The notes under the pieces: generated by a model | The model's input: only the letters and a program-made list of their open reading frames with translations | What the model was told of the DNA's origin: nothing | Databases searched by the model: none | Source: Isurus oxyrinchus | Taxonomy: Eukaryota | Assembly: GCA_026770705.1 (NCBI GenBank) | Contig: JANJGN010000007.1 | Span: forward strand, 168,206,001-168,270,000 | DNA: 64,000 bases | Direction of reading: 5' to 3' | Made by a program: the position numbers and the translations under genes | Shown here: positions 23,211 to 35,339 of the stretch, piece by piece | Layout: each line of letters opens with the position of its first letter | Position numbering within the stretch: position 1 is the stretch's first letter

Positions 23211-25518
23211 AACAAAAACAGAATTACCTGGAAAAACTCAGCAGGTCTGGCAACATCGGCGGAGAAAAAGAGTTGACATTTCGAGTCCTCGAGTCACCAA
23301 CAGAACTAGGTGAATGCAAGGAAAGGGTGAAATATAAGCTGTGTGTTGTGGGGGGTTGGGTGGGGGGAGAGAAGTGGATGGGGGTGGTGTGGTTGTAGGG
23401 ACAAGGAAGCAGTGATTGAAGCAGATCATCAAAAGATCACACAGACAAAAGAACACATAGGTGTTGAAGTTGGTGATATTATCTAAATGAATGTGCTAAT
23501 TAAGAATGGATGGTAGGGCACTCAAGGTGTAACTCTAGTGGGGGTGGGGGGAGCATAAAAGATTTTAAAATATTTGAAAATAATAGAAATAGGTGGGAAA
23601 AGAAAAATCTATATAATTTATTGGAAAAAACAAAAGGAAGGGGGAAGAAACAGAAAGGGGGTGGGGATGGAGGAGGGAGTTCAAGACCTAAAGTTGTTGA
23701 ATTCAGTATTCAGTCCGGAAGGCTGTAAAGTGCCTAGGCGGAAGATGAGGTGCTGTTCCTGCAGTTTGCGTCGGGCTTCACTGGAACAATGCAGCAAGCC
23801 AAGGACAGACATGTGGGCAAGAGCGCAGGGTGGAGTGTTAAAATGGCAAGCGACAGGGAGGTTTGGGTCATTCTTACGGACAGACCGCAGGTGTTCTGCA
23901 AAGTGGTCGCCCAGTTTACATTTGGTCTCTCCATTGTAGAGGAGACCACATTGGGAGCAATGAATACAGTAGACTAAGTTGGGGGAACTGCAAGTGAAAT
24001 GCTGCTTCACTTGAAAGGAGTGTTTGGGCCCTTGGACGGTGAGGAGAGTGGAACTGAAGGGGCAGGTGTTACATCTTTTGTGTGGGCATGGGGAGGTGCC
24101 ATAGGTGGGGGTTGAGGAGTAGGGGGTGATGGAGGAGTGGACCAGGGTGTCCCGGAGGGAACGATCCCTACGGAACGCCGACGGGGGGGGGGGGTGAAGG
24201 GAAGATGTGTTTGGTGGTGGCATCATGCTGGAGTTGGCGGAAATGGCGGAGGATGATCCTTTGAATGCGGAGGCTGGTGGGGTGATAAGTGAGGACAAGG
24301 GGGACCCTATCATGTTTCTGGGAGGGAGGAGAAGGCGTGAGGGCAGATGTGCGGGAGATGGGCCGGACACGGTTGAGGGCCCTGTCAACGACCGTGGGTG
24401 GAAAACCTCGGTTAAGGAAGAAGGAGGACATGTCAGAGGAACTGTTTTTGAAGGTAGCATCATCGGGATGGAGGCGAAGGAACTGAGAGAATGGGATGGA
24501 GTCCTTACAGGAAGCGGGGTGTGAGGAACTGTAGTCAAGGTAGCTGTGGGAGTCGGTAGGCTTGTAATGGATATTGGTGGACAGTTTATCTCCAGATATT
24601 GAGACAGAGAGGTCAAGGAAGGAAAGGGAAGTGTCAGAGATGGACCATGTGAAAATGATGGAGGGGTGGAGATTGGAAGCAAAATTAATAAATTTTTCCA
24701 AGTCCCGACGAGAGCATGAAGCAGCACCGAAGTAATCACCGATGTACCGGAGAAAGAGTTGTGGAAGGGGGCTGGAGTAGGACTGGAAAAAGAATGTTCC
24801 ACGTACCCCATAAAGAGACAGGCATAGCTGGGGCCCATGCCTGTACCCATAGCCACACCTTTTATTTGGAGGAAGTGAGAGGAGTTGAAGAAGAAATTGT
24901 TCAGTGTGAGAACAAGTTCAGCCAGACGGAGGAGAGTAGTGGTGGATGGGGATTGTTCGGGCCTCTGTTCGAGGAAGAAGCTAAGGGCCCTCATACCATC
25001 CTGGTGGGGGATGGAGGTGTAGAGGGATTGGACGTCCATGGTGGAGAGGAAGTGGTTGGGGCCAGGGAACTGGAAATTGTTGATGTGACGTAAGATGTCA
25101 GAGGAATCACGGATATAGGTGGGAAGGGACTGGACAAGGGGAGAGAGAAGGGAGTCAAGATAACGAGAAATGAGTTCCGTGGGGCAGGAGCAAGCTGACA
25201 TGATCGGTCTACCGGGGCAGTTCTGTTTGTGGATTTTGGGTAGAAGGTAGAAGCAGGCCGTCCGAGGTTGGGCGACTATCAGGTTGGAAGCTGTGGGAGG
25301 AAGATCCCCAGAGGAGATGAGGTTAGTGACAGTCCTGGAAACAATGGCTTGATGTTCAGTGGTGGGGTCATGGTCCAGGGGGAGGTAGGAGGAAGTGTCT
25401 GCGAGTTGATGCTCAGCCTCCGCGAGGTAGAGGTCAGTGCGCCTGACAACAACAGCACCACCCTTGTCAGCGGGTTTGATGACAATGTCAGGGTTGGACC
25501 TGAGAGAATGCGTGCCCC
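23211..25518 (-). mobile_element. Penelope-like element family 1 (Neptune-like), 5'-truncated, with 15-bp TSD
   Basis: cagtgttaattgtag at 23196-23210 and 25519-25533. RT, Cys-rich linker, GIY-YIG, pyrimidine-rich 3' UTR and pLTR end are all present. Confidence 0.95.
23681..25518 (-). pseudogene. PLE RT + GIY-YIG endonuclease ORF, inactivated
   Basis: IVIKPADKGG, LLPKIHK, GRPI, MDVQSLYTSIPH, GVAMGTGMGPSYACLFMG. The catalytic motif reads RYIGD in a shifted frame. Also CPHKRCNTC and NLVYCIHCSQCGLLYNGET. Two compensating frameshifts; the correct middle frame is ORF 24168-24701. Confidence 0.92.
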
Positions 25519-25832
25519 CAGTGTTAATTGTAGCTGTGATTGACTTTCTTTTGTGAATCCTACGCTTCTCAAGGTTTGAATGGCATTCATGCTGTGCGTG
25601 GGCCGTTTTTAATTTAGTCATCTGGTATCAACATCAAGCACTTGCAGGTCAAGTGTACCGTGCTTAGATATGTGAAAATTTCTCCTTACTCTGGTCAAAG
25701 TGAGCGTGATCCCCACTTTTAAAAGAACACCCATTCAGTGCACAAGCGTGGCATTGTTCCATTTCCTACATTGGCCATCCCGTGTTGTTCAGGAGATTAA
25801 GGATAATATTAGAATAATAGAAGAGGCTTATA

Positions 25833-26428
25833 GGGCTGCATCTTTTGGTCGGCGAGCGGGGGTGGGGCCTACTCGCCGACACGTAAAATGACGCGTCCCA
25901 ATGTCACCCCACATCATTTACATTTCAGGCCGACGGGCTATTAAGGCCATTAAGAAAGTAATTGAAATCATTAATGGACCTGCCCGTCCAGCCAGGCGGG
26001 CTTCTGAAAAAACATGAAACCTCATCCATGGGCGGGATGAGGTTTCATGAGGGATTTCAACATTTCTGAGTATTTTAAAATAAAAGTTATGGACATGTCC
26101 CAACTCATGTGACAGTGTCACATGAGAGGGGACATGGCAGCGAATTTATTTCTATTGTTCAAACAGCTTTTTACATTTGAGCCTACTCCCTGAGGCAGCG
26201 CAAAAGAGCGCGTTCCCAGCTCAGGGAACCCCCCCCCCCCCACCCAAACATGGAGTGCAAAGCCCTTCCTAGCGCACAGCACGCTGGGTGGACCTTAATT
26301 GGCGCGTCCACATAAAATGGCAGCGCACCCCCGAGTGGGGGCACTGATCAGGAACCTGCCTGCCCACGCCCATGCCCGCACATTCCACCACCCCTCAAAC
26401 AGTGGGGGGCGGGCGGGGAATGTTGCCC
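25833..26428 (-). mobile_element. Palindrome-array MITE family A, copy 3
   Basis: Reverse orientation. Ends gggctgcatctt / gaatgttgccc with ATA on both flanks. Hairpin catgaaacctcatcc-N7-ggatgaggtttcatg is perfect. Confidence 0.88.
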
Positions 26429-26454
26429 ATAATGTTGGAAAAAATAGTAGTAAG

Positions 26455-28375
26455 TCTGAGGATTTGGTGTGTTACAGAAACCAGCAAAGGATTATCAAAA
26501 GTTGATAGAAAGGGGAAAAATTAGAATATGAGAGTAAGCTAGCCAGGAATATAAAAACTGATTGTAAGAATTTTTACCACTGTATAAAAAGGAAGAGAAT
26601 AGCTAAAGTAAATGTTGGTTCCTTAGAAGCAGCGACAGAAGAAATAATCATAGGGAAAGACGAAATGGCAGCAACATTGAATATTTTGTGCCTGTCTTCA
26701 CAGTAGAAGCCACAAGTTTCATACCAGAAACATAGGGTAACCTCAGGGCTAATAAGAGTGAGGAAATTAGGTAATTAATATCAGCAAAGAAAAAATACCA
26801 GAGAAACTCGAGGGGCTAAAATCTGACATATCCCCAGGACCTGATGGCCTACACCCGAGGATTCTAAAAGAGGTAGCTGCAAAGATAGTGGATGTGCTGG
26901 CTATGATTATCCAAAGTTTCCTAATTTCTGGGATGGTCCCAGCAGACTGGAAGTTAGCAAATGTAACACCACTGTGCAGGAAAAGAGGGAGAGGGAAAAC
27001 ATGGAATTACAGGCCAGTAAGTCTGACATCAGTCATTGGGAAAATGCTGGAATCTTTTATTAAGCAAGGCTTAACAATGCACTTAAAGCATAATATGTTT
27101 AGAACAAGTCAACATGGTTTTATGGAAGGGAAGTCTTGTTTGACAAATTTATGAGTTTTTTGAAGATGTAGCTAGTAGGGCAGAAAAAGGGAAACCAGTA
27201 GACATAATATACTTGGATTTCCAAATGGCATGCAATAAGGTGCCACACAAAAGGTTAATTAATATACAAGATAAGGGATCGTGCATTTGAGGGTAATATA
27301 ATAACATGAATAGAGGATTGGTTAATGGACAGGAAGCAGAGAGTAAGGATAAATGGTGCATTTTCAAGTTGACATGTTGTAACTAATGAGTGCCGTAAGG
27401 ATTGATGCTGGGGTCTCAACTATTTACAAGCTGTATTAGTGACTTAGACGAAGATGCAGAGAGTAATATAGCTGGGTTTGCTGACAATACATAGCTAGGT
27501 GTGAATGCAAGCTGTGAGGAAGACACAAAGAAACTGAAAAGAGATATAGACAGGTTAACTGAGTAGGCAACAAGGTGGCAGATGGAGTATAATGTGGGCA
27601 AGTGTGAGGTTGTATGAATAGAAAAGTAGAATATTTTTAAAAGGTGTGAAACTTATATGTGTTAATGTTCAGAGAGACTTGGATGTACTTGTACAAGGAA
27701 CACAAAAAGTTAGCGTACAGAGACAGTTAGCAATTAGGAAAGCAAACAAAATGTTGGTCTTTATTACAAGGGGATTGGAGTACAAGAATAAAGAAGTCTT
27801 GTTACAAATATACAGGATTTTGGAGTACTGTGTGCAATTTTGGTCTCCATGTTCTAGGAAGGAAATACTTGCGTTGTAGTTCGTATAGCAAGGATTCATT
27901 GGATCAGTTTCTGGGATGGTTATCCTTTGATGAGAAGCTGAGTAAATTGGTCTATATTCTCTGGAATTTAGAAGAATGTGAGGTGATCTCATTGAAAGGT
28001 TTAAAATTCTGAGGGGGCTTGACAGGGTAGATACCGAGACGTTCCCACTGGCCGGGGAATCTAGAACAAGGGGGCCACCATTTCAGGATAAGGGGCTGAT
28101 CATTTAGGCCTGAGATGAAAAATTTCTTCACTCAAAGGGTTTTAAATCTTTGGAATTTTCTATCTGAGTGCTGTGGATGTGCCATCATTGAATATATTTA
28201 AGGCTGAGTTAGACACATATTTGGTCCCTCAGAGAATCAAGAGATATGGGAAGTGGGAAGGAAATTGGAGTTGAAGCTCAAGATCAGCCATGGTCTTATT
28301 GAATGGTGGATCAGGCTTGTTCAGGATCAGGATCAGGTATGTCCGAATCTTGCTCCTATTTCTTATGTTATTATG
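26455..28375 (+). mobile_element. CR1 LINE, ORF2 3' half with RT, decayed
   Basis: SPGPDGLHPRILKE, WKLANVTPL, NYRPVSLTSV, QHGFMEGKSCLTNL, FADNT, LEYCVQFWSP. 3' tail cctatttcttatgttattatg. Confidence 0.95.
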
Positions 28376-28844
28376 CTCTTGTGTTATCTTTTTAAAGTGA
28401 GTTGGAAATGCTCAAAATAAAATAGTTATGCTTGGAATTTGATAACTGTTCATAAGGACAGATTGGATTGTGATCCTATCACATTTGTCCCTTCACTTCT
28501 AGTTTCAGCTTCCCGAGCTGGTACAGCTTCATGATAGTGAGCTGGCTGAAAATAAAAGTGGTCCTTCTGTTGACTTTTAGCAGTTCTAACACTAGCATCA
28601 TCATTTTGGCAGCAACGCCTCTTTAACCAAAATGCCTTGAGGGCAACATTATGGTATATTTAGTACTATGCTTTATGTGTAATCAATAACATTTCATTTC
28701 TGTGGAACTCTCTGAATAAAGCTCACATCAAAGTTAAAACCAATTTCTTTCAGTTGGTTCATTACCCCTGACTCCAGCAAGATTTCCTCTTCCCCTCCTC
28801 CTTTTCTGGCTCCTTTCTTTTTGCAAAATAAGACTGAATGATGA

Positions 28845-29060
28845 GGATTAAAGAATTGTGTTTATGTAGCACTTTATCATATCTCTCAAAAGCATTTCAG
28901 TGTATCTGTGATGCAGCGGATTATTTTCAAGTGCAGTGACTGCTGTTATACAAGCAAACGCAGCTACTAGTTTTCACACAGCAAGATCCCACCAATAGTT
29001 GTGAAATACATGGCTGGGGAATGCGTTCATTGTGATATTGGTTGAGAAGCAAATGTTGCA
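28845..29060 (-). mobile_element. Deu-domain SINE 3' fragment
   Basis: Diverged match to 39633-39830. Confidence 0.6.
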
Positions 29061-30523
29061 ATGGGCAGGAATATCTTAATTTTGTAACCACATTGATTTA
29101 TCTCCATGATGTTTCAGAGGTGGGAGCATTGGCAGTCAAACAATCCTTGAGTTTGCATGGTGGATAAAAGTAATTGAACTCATGGTGGGCAGGTTGTTCA
29201 TAGTTTATTGTGTACCATATGCTTTCTGAATGATTTAGGAAAAGGACCCATGTCAAAATTTAATGTTACCAACATTCTTGTTTTATAAAACCATTGTTGA
29301 CACTGTTGTGAAAAATGGTGCTTAATCTATATTTTTTGTCTGGCAGATGCCTAATTTGCAATGTCAGGTTGTTCCATCGGCACCAATATTTCACCCTGGT
29401 CCTATGTAGCTTAAAATGCTTTTCAAATTCAGCCTAACATTGGAAGAACAAAAACACCAACCGTACTCTTGGGTGTACTCCACAGTTCAAGTGAACAGAA
29501 CAGAAAAAAATGTCACCCACCCACCATTACATTCACTGAAATTCTAGTGGAAAAATGCCTATAATGCAACTACATGAATATTTCAAATGCCTGCTATTGT
29601 ATTTTACTGAAATTGTTATGACAACTAAAGCACAGAATAAAACACCACAGATCATATCTTTATCATGCTTGCTCACTTGTAATGTGTAAGTAAAGTGATG
29701 CAGTGCTGTAAGTTTTCAGACTTAACCCTTGCCATATCCAACAGCATTTGGTTAGTTCTCCACATACTACTTAAAGTAGGCTTCTAACACACTTTTTCCA
29801 CATTTGGGTGCACTTAGAATTTTCCAGTATGAAACAAGAAGGTGTATGAATAAAATGGTGCAGGGTAAATGTGAAAGTTAATTTTTCATTTGAACTTGGA
29901 AGACTTGTGATCGGGGTACAAGAATGCATCTGTTTATGTAATGAGGAGAGAGCCTCCTGTGTCACATTCACTCTGAACCATTCTGCAGAGATGGTGCAGA
30001 CTCTTTCAGTGATGTTCTAATGACGAATTGAGTTGGAGTACCCCCCTTTCATCTCGGTGCCTTAGTTTAATGGAACATTATGATGTACTTCACTGTAAGC
30101 CAGCAAGTTAGTAAGTAACTTGGCTGAATATTTACAGAATTACAGAAAGTAGGGGAAAGCAAAGTTTACATGGTCACTCTTGAATGCCATAGGGCTTAAT
30201 GCCTAGCACAGGCCTTAATACTGGATAGTAGTTAATACTATTGAAGAAATTGAGAGGACCCTCCTTAGCTTACAGCATTTGTTGACTTGGAAAAGTGGAT
30301 AGTTAACTTTTTCAGTTTGATATAGCAGTCCTCGAAGAATTAAGCTATTTTGGGTGCTCATGGCAAAATAAAATGATGCAATAAAACAGGATATTTGCTG
30401 ATCAGGAATAGACAGCTCAACAGCACAGCATGTCACCCCTCTATCCAGAGTGAACAGGCCAAGAGTTCCTTCCCAATTCCCACCCTCTGTTTTGGCCTAA
30501 GCTGGGTAGGAAACTGAGATGAT

Positions 30524-30678
30524 GGGTACAATTCTAACCTCAACCTTTGGTAAGGACACTGATAGGATCTGGTGCAATACTGGTTTTACACCCGGCTCGA
30601 TTAAGATCAATGGAGAGTAATATTGGGCCGGTGTAAAACCAATGTTACACCCGACCCTGTGTTAGTTAAAAATATTCT
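30524..30678. repeat. Short fold-back element (probable old hairpin MITE)
   Basis: Imperfect inverted arms of about 38 bp (30564-30602 / 30621-30658) with core tggttttacacc / ggtgtaaaacca. Confidence 0.65.
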
Positions 30679-31874
30679 TCAATGAGCCACTTCTTTCCTT
30701 GTGATGGAAAGTTAAAGAGTAAGTCAGAATCATTACAAAGCTCGCTGCCATTGATTGAAGAATACCTTTGGCCTGATTACCTGTTCGCCACTAGCATCAA
30801 ATCAAGATGTGCATCAGTGGGAACAGACTAGAGATACACAAGAATAACGTACCAAGACAGAGGAGCAAAAGGGATCCTAAGTTGTGCTCTTCATTGGGGA
30901 CCATTCCCCTTTAAGCAGAAAGAAAGTAAGCAAGTGAACATGCTGGCAAGGAATACATCAATGTTTGCAGCACACCCACAACAATCAATGGAATGACAAA
31001 TACAATACAGCCACTGTTGGGAAGTGATACAACTGCCATAATGCAGCTGTGAGAGTGAACAAGCAGACACTCGTGTACAGTATCTAGTAGTCCAGAATAA
31101 ATTTCTTCTTTTTTTTTCATATTTATTCAAACAAGACAAGGGAGTTTATCACATCTTACATTGCACTGTCTCCATGATTCCCAGGGATTTTCATTTTCCT
31201 AATTCCTTTTCCCTGAAGAAAATTTAAAGAGAAATTCTACCCCCAAAGGAGTGTTGAGACTTTTATTTTAAATTCACGGGAAGCAATGACATGGAGTAAG
31301 GATTAACAAAAGTGCAAATGATATGGTGAAGTTTCCATGAATGGCAAAAAAATAGAGGAAGACCTGAATGCGGGTTAGATTGTGGCAGCCAATGAAATTT
31401 CAACGTGAAAGTTCAAATGGCAAAAGAAATGATAAATTCTCTGGCATGCAGCTGTTAAATTTAACAGTCCCAGCCATTTACTGTAGGTTCTTGGGCGGAT
31501 TTATGATGACATATGGAGATGTCAGCTGGTGTAATCCGAGGAAAAATGGGCTGCAAAAAATTGTTTAAATGCACTAACACCACCAGCAGCCACCCCCCCC
31601 CCCCCCCCCCCCAAAAAAAACCATTGAAATACCTGTTGTATTGACTAAGGAGCCTTAGTCTATCACAGTCCTTCATGTCTTGCATTTTAGTTTAAAATGC
31701 AATTTTACAATTAAATTGTCCTACTTAATTGGTTTGAAGTGCTTTTCTAAAGGTATCAAGTAATATTCAGTGTTGCCAATGATAATGATTTTGTTAATTA
31801 TTTCAGTTAAGAATGCAATATGAGCCTCATATAACTATCCCCAGGTACCAAACCCTCTTCTCCCCCAATGCACC

Positions 31875-32185
31875 ACGCAGCAGCCATTGCCTGCACAGCA
31901 AGCTCCCATAAACAGCAATGTGATAGTGACTAAATAATATTATTTAGTGATGTCGATTGGGGAATAAACATTGACCAGGATACCTGGGAGAACTCCCCTA
32001 CTCTTCTTCAAAATAGTGCCATAGGATCTTTAATGCCCACCCAAGAAGGCAAGCACGGCCTTGCTTTAAAATTTTATCTGAGAAACGGCACCTCTGGCAG
32101 TGTAGCACACCTTCAGTACTGCGCAGGAGTGTAGAGCTAAATTTTTGTGCTCCATTCCCGGTGTGAAATTTGAACCCACAACAAA
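31875..32185 (-). mobile_element. Deu-domain SINE (SacSINE1-like)
   Basis: Matches 39760-40030 (ctcttcttcaaaatagtgccataggatcttt; ccttcagtactg) and carries a B-box remnant at about 32165-32178. Confidence 0.82.
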
Positions 32186-33214
32186 CTGTAGCACTCAACA
32201 GTTATTTGGTGGCATTTTATTTTTCTGGAGTGCCTTCTCTGTGCATTGCTTAGCATATAAAACATGGTATTGGTTAGACCATGTTCTCCAATATGTGTGA
32301 TCTCTCATCTTGTGTTACAGTTATAAGGTTTATAAGATTATTATATTTTGGGACTGTGGCTTTAAATTTAGGGTAAGTGAAGGGGTTGTTGACCTACTGT
32401 CAGTCTGCCTGACAGTAAGCCTGGGTGGTTTGATTGTTAGAGACCAAAGGAAGGCTTGGATTATTTTACTGAGAAAAAAGTGCAAGGTATTTATGCTTTG
32501 AGACACTGGCAATGGTTTGAGTTTGCAATGGGTAGACTGAGTCTCCCAAAGTCCCAGAAATATGTTTAGGTGAATGTATTATAGGTATTAGGTTGTAAAT
32601 AGTTGTGCTGTGAACTGCCCATTTACTTTTAAAATGAAAGGTGAGTTGGGATCAAGGATAGCTAATTAGAATTTCAACCTAGATACAAGATTAATGTGTT
32701 TCAATTTGCGATGAGGAAGAGAGCACAGGAAGCCAATTTTGAGATCAGGTTACAGGCTTCCCTACAAATCAGTGAATGTGCAGATAGAAGTTTTTGTTTG
32801 GTCAACAGAATGAAGAGGCTGCTTAGTTTTGTGAGCTACCATAGCTGGGTACCTTAGTTGAAAGGGCACATCCTTCAGCCTTCTAAAGATTCTGGGAGAT
32901 TTATTCTGGCATGACCAGAGGGAAGAAAAATCATTGGAACAGGCTGGACTTGCTGGTGGATGATTTAAGAAACACTCTGAAAACTGAGGAAAGCATCTAG
33001 AGACGGTAGCTCCAAGTTATTGCTTGGCGAAACAGGAATATGGGAGCCCATTGGAAGCTGGGAGTAACTGTGGACTTTTTGCTAAAAGAATTGTAATTCC
33101 ATGGAGATGGATGAGAAGTATAAAAGGGAAATGTCACTTTTTGTAGTTAACGTATAAGCTGAATACAAAAAAGAAAATAGTATTTGGTACAAAGCTTTCT
33201 TTTTGGCCTTTTTA

Positions 33215-33365
33215 AAATTACTTCCTCTTCCACTATGACTTGGGCAGAATCTTCCTTCTTGGTAAAGGCAGATGCAAAGTACTCATTTAGTACCTCAGCC
33301 ATGACCTGCCTCCATGTAACAACCTTGCTGGCATTAAACAGAACAGCACCTGCATATAAAGCCTA
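33215..33365 (-). mobile_element. CR1 internal fragment
   Basis: Similar to 13490-13660 (gcaaagtactcatttagtacctcagcc). Confidence 0.55.
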
Positions 33366-35339
33366 AAATAAACAAAACAATTGTCTCAAGATTATTGGTG
33401 TTAATAAATGCTCTGATAGAAGTGGGTTGTAACTCACTAAGAAGACACAGTTTTACAGGTGTTCTTGGACAAAACTTTGCAAGCACTGTGGATAAGCTAA
33501 ATGCAAATATAGATTCTAATAAGGGTCTATGCAGCATGTGATGTCTCAATTTCAGGTTTTTTTTCCGTCCTCTCTGTGACGTGTTCCTACCCTAGAACTG
33601 CAGCTGGCTAACACAGAAGCATGAACTCTCCAACTAATTATGTCAACAAAATGCTTGTCCATCAGTCATCAGCTTATAAATGGAAACTAAATATTTTTAG
33701 CAATGAACCACGGAATCTGTCGCCATATCAGGTTTCATTTAAAAAATGCTCAGAGACAAAATTTTGGGTCCTTTTCAAGCCAGCAGATGGTATCTGTCGC
33801 AAACCTGAAACAACAGTTGATGGTCTATTTACTCTGAGCACTTTGGGAAAAAAACAGCTTCCAAATGATCCTTGACAACGAAAATGAAAAATCGAAACCT
33901 TGATAATCTGTCTCAGTGTACAGTGCCAGCTACTTTCAACTGCACAACGCAAATGGGGACAAAGTACTGTGCAGTTATCATGATTATCTACCCTGTACAT
34001 TTAAACTGAGGACTGTAATTGGTCTTCTGCAGCCAAATAATTAGTTACAAGCTGGAGTTTCTTTTATTTAAGAGATGGTGTGATAGAGTTGGTACTGTGT
34101 ACCCCAGAAGCACGGATAAGTTGTGCATTTGTGCCATCAAGTCATACCATCACAGAGGCAGTGGAAAGTGTCTGCTGTTGGGGTGCAAAAGCACACTCAT
34201 GCATAATCTATTGTTGGTTTAAAATTGGCATTGGTTTTGATCTGGGAAGGAATCGCCCATTCACAATCTTCACGGTGTTTAGCTTAAAAAGGCAATATCT
34301 AAATAATTTGAACCTAAATATATTATTACTGAGGTCTTCTGTTGGACTTTTGCTGATGCTTTACTGACTGCTCTGAAAAATTTCAATGGGACAAATGTAA
34401 TAAGGCAGAGATTCCATTGGGATGACTCCATTGAGGCCTTACAGCTAATTGGCAGAAACAGTCCGCAGACACCACAACAACAGCTTTCAAAGTTGGATGA
34501 TATGCATGATTGTAGACCTGCTGTAGCACTGTTTGGGGTGGCAGGAGCAAGAAAAGTCATAAAGAGAGCTGCAACCCTGCCAGGCTTTCCCTGGCATTTT
34601 CAGTACTGAACAGGCTTATAGGTGTAAAACTTGCTGGAACCAGCCTGCTCATGTTTATTTTACTGCTTGAACTCTGAGAGTTAAGCATTGTATGCTGCTG
34701 CACTTATCTGTAATTCCACTAAATAATATGCTTACTGAGTTTCAAAGAACTAAAAGAAAACAAGCATTCTGAGAGGAGGGCTCATTTGGTGGGTTTCGTG
34801 GAAGTTTGATTCTCTTTATTCAGCTCCTTGTGTGATAATGAAATGCTCTTGTGGTGACACTTTTCTATAATTAATACTCCCAACAGGATTTCAATAATTT
34901 CTCATTCAACAAAATAAATAGATATGTACACTTACCTTTATTTAAATTGGCAGCAAAGTGAGTGAAATCCTTTCTTTTGTATAATTTCAGCTTATGTACA
35001 GTTTTAGTTTTTTAACCAGCGGTTAGAAGGGGATATGAGAGGAGGAATTGCATCAAATAAGAGCACAACAAAGGATGTGGGGATTGCTTATTGCTGAATT
35101 TGTCAGGATTAAGGAACACTTGTCAGTCATGTTCATGCTGCTGCTTCCTCTCTTGTTGCTGTTTGGTAAAGAACAAAAAGTGTAATATAATAAAACGGGG
35201 AAAAAATTGCTTTGTAACCTTTGGGAGCATCTGTCGGTAGGAAATGAGATAATGAGAAAGCAAGCTAGGGAATACAGCACAATACAGTAGAACATAAATT
35301 GTTAGTCAAGACTTGTTAGAGGTGTTCGTTGCTGAAGTA

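Noticed and set aside
23268-23310. Functional hammerhead in the long PLE's own pLTR
   Set aside because: The core has decayed to ctgttgg..gaaat, so only positional homology remains.
25519-25621. N-terminal ~34 aa of the 646-aa ORF as a real start
   Set aside because: It lies in or beyond the TSD, so it is flanking DNA that happens to be in frame.
32293-33180. Solo LTR
   Set aside because: It starts with tgtta and has LTR-like composition, but I found no matching CA end, TSD or second copy.
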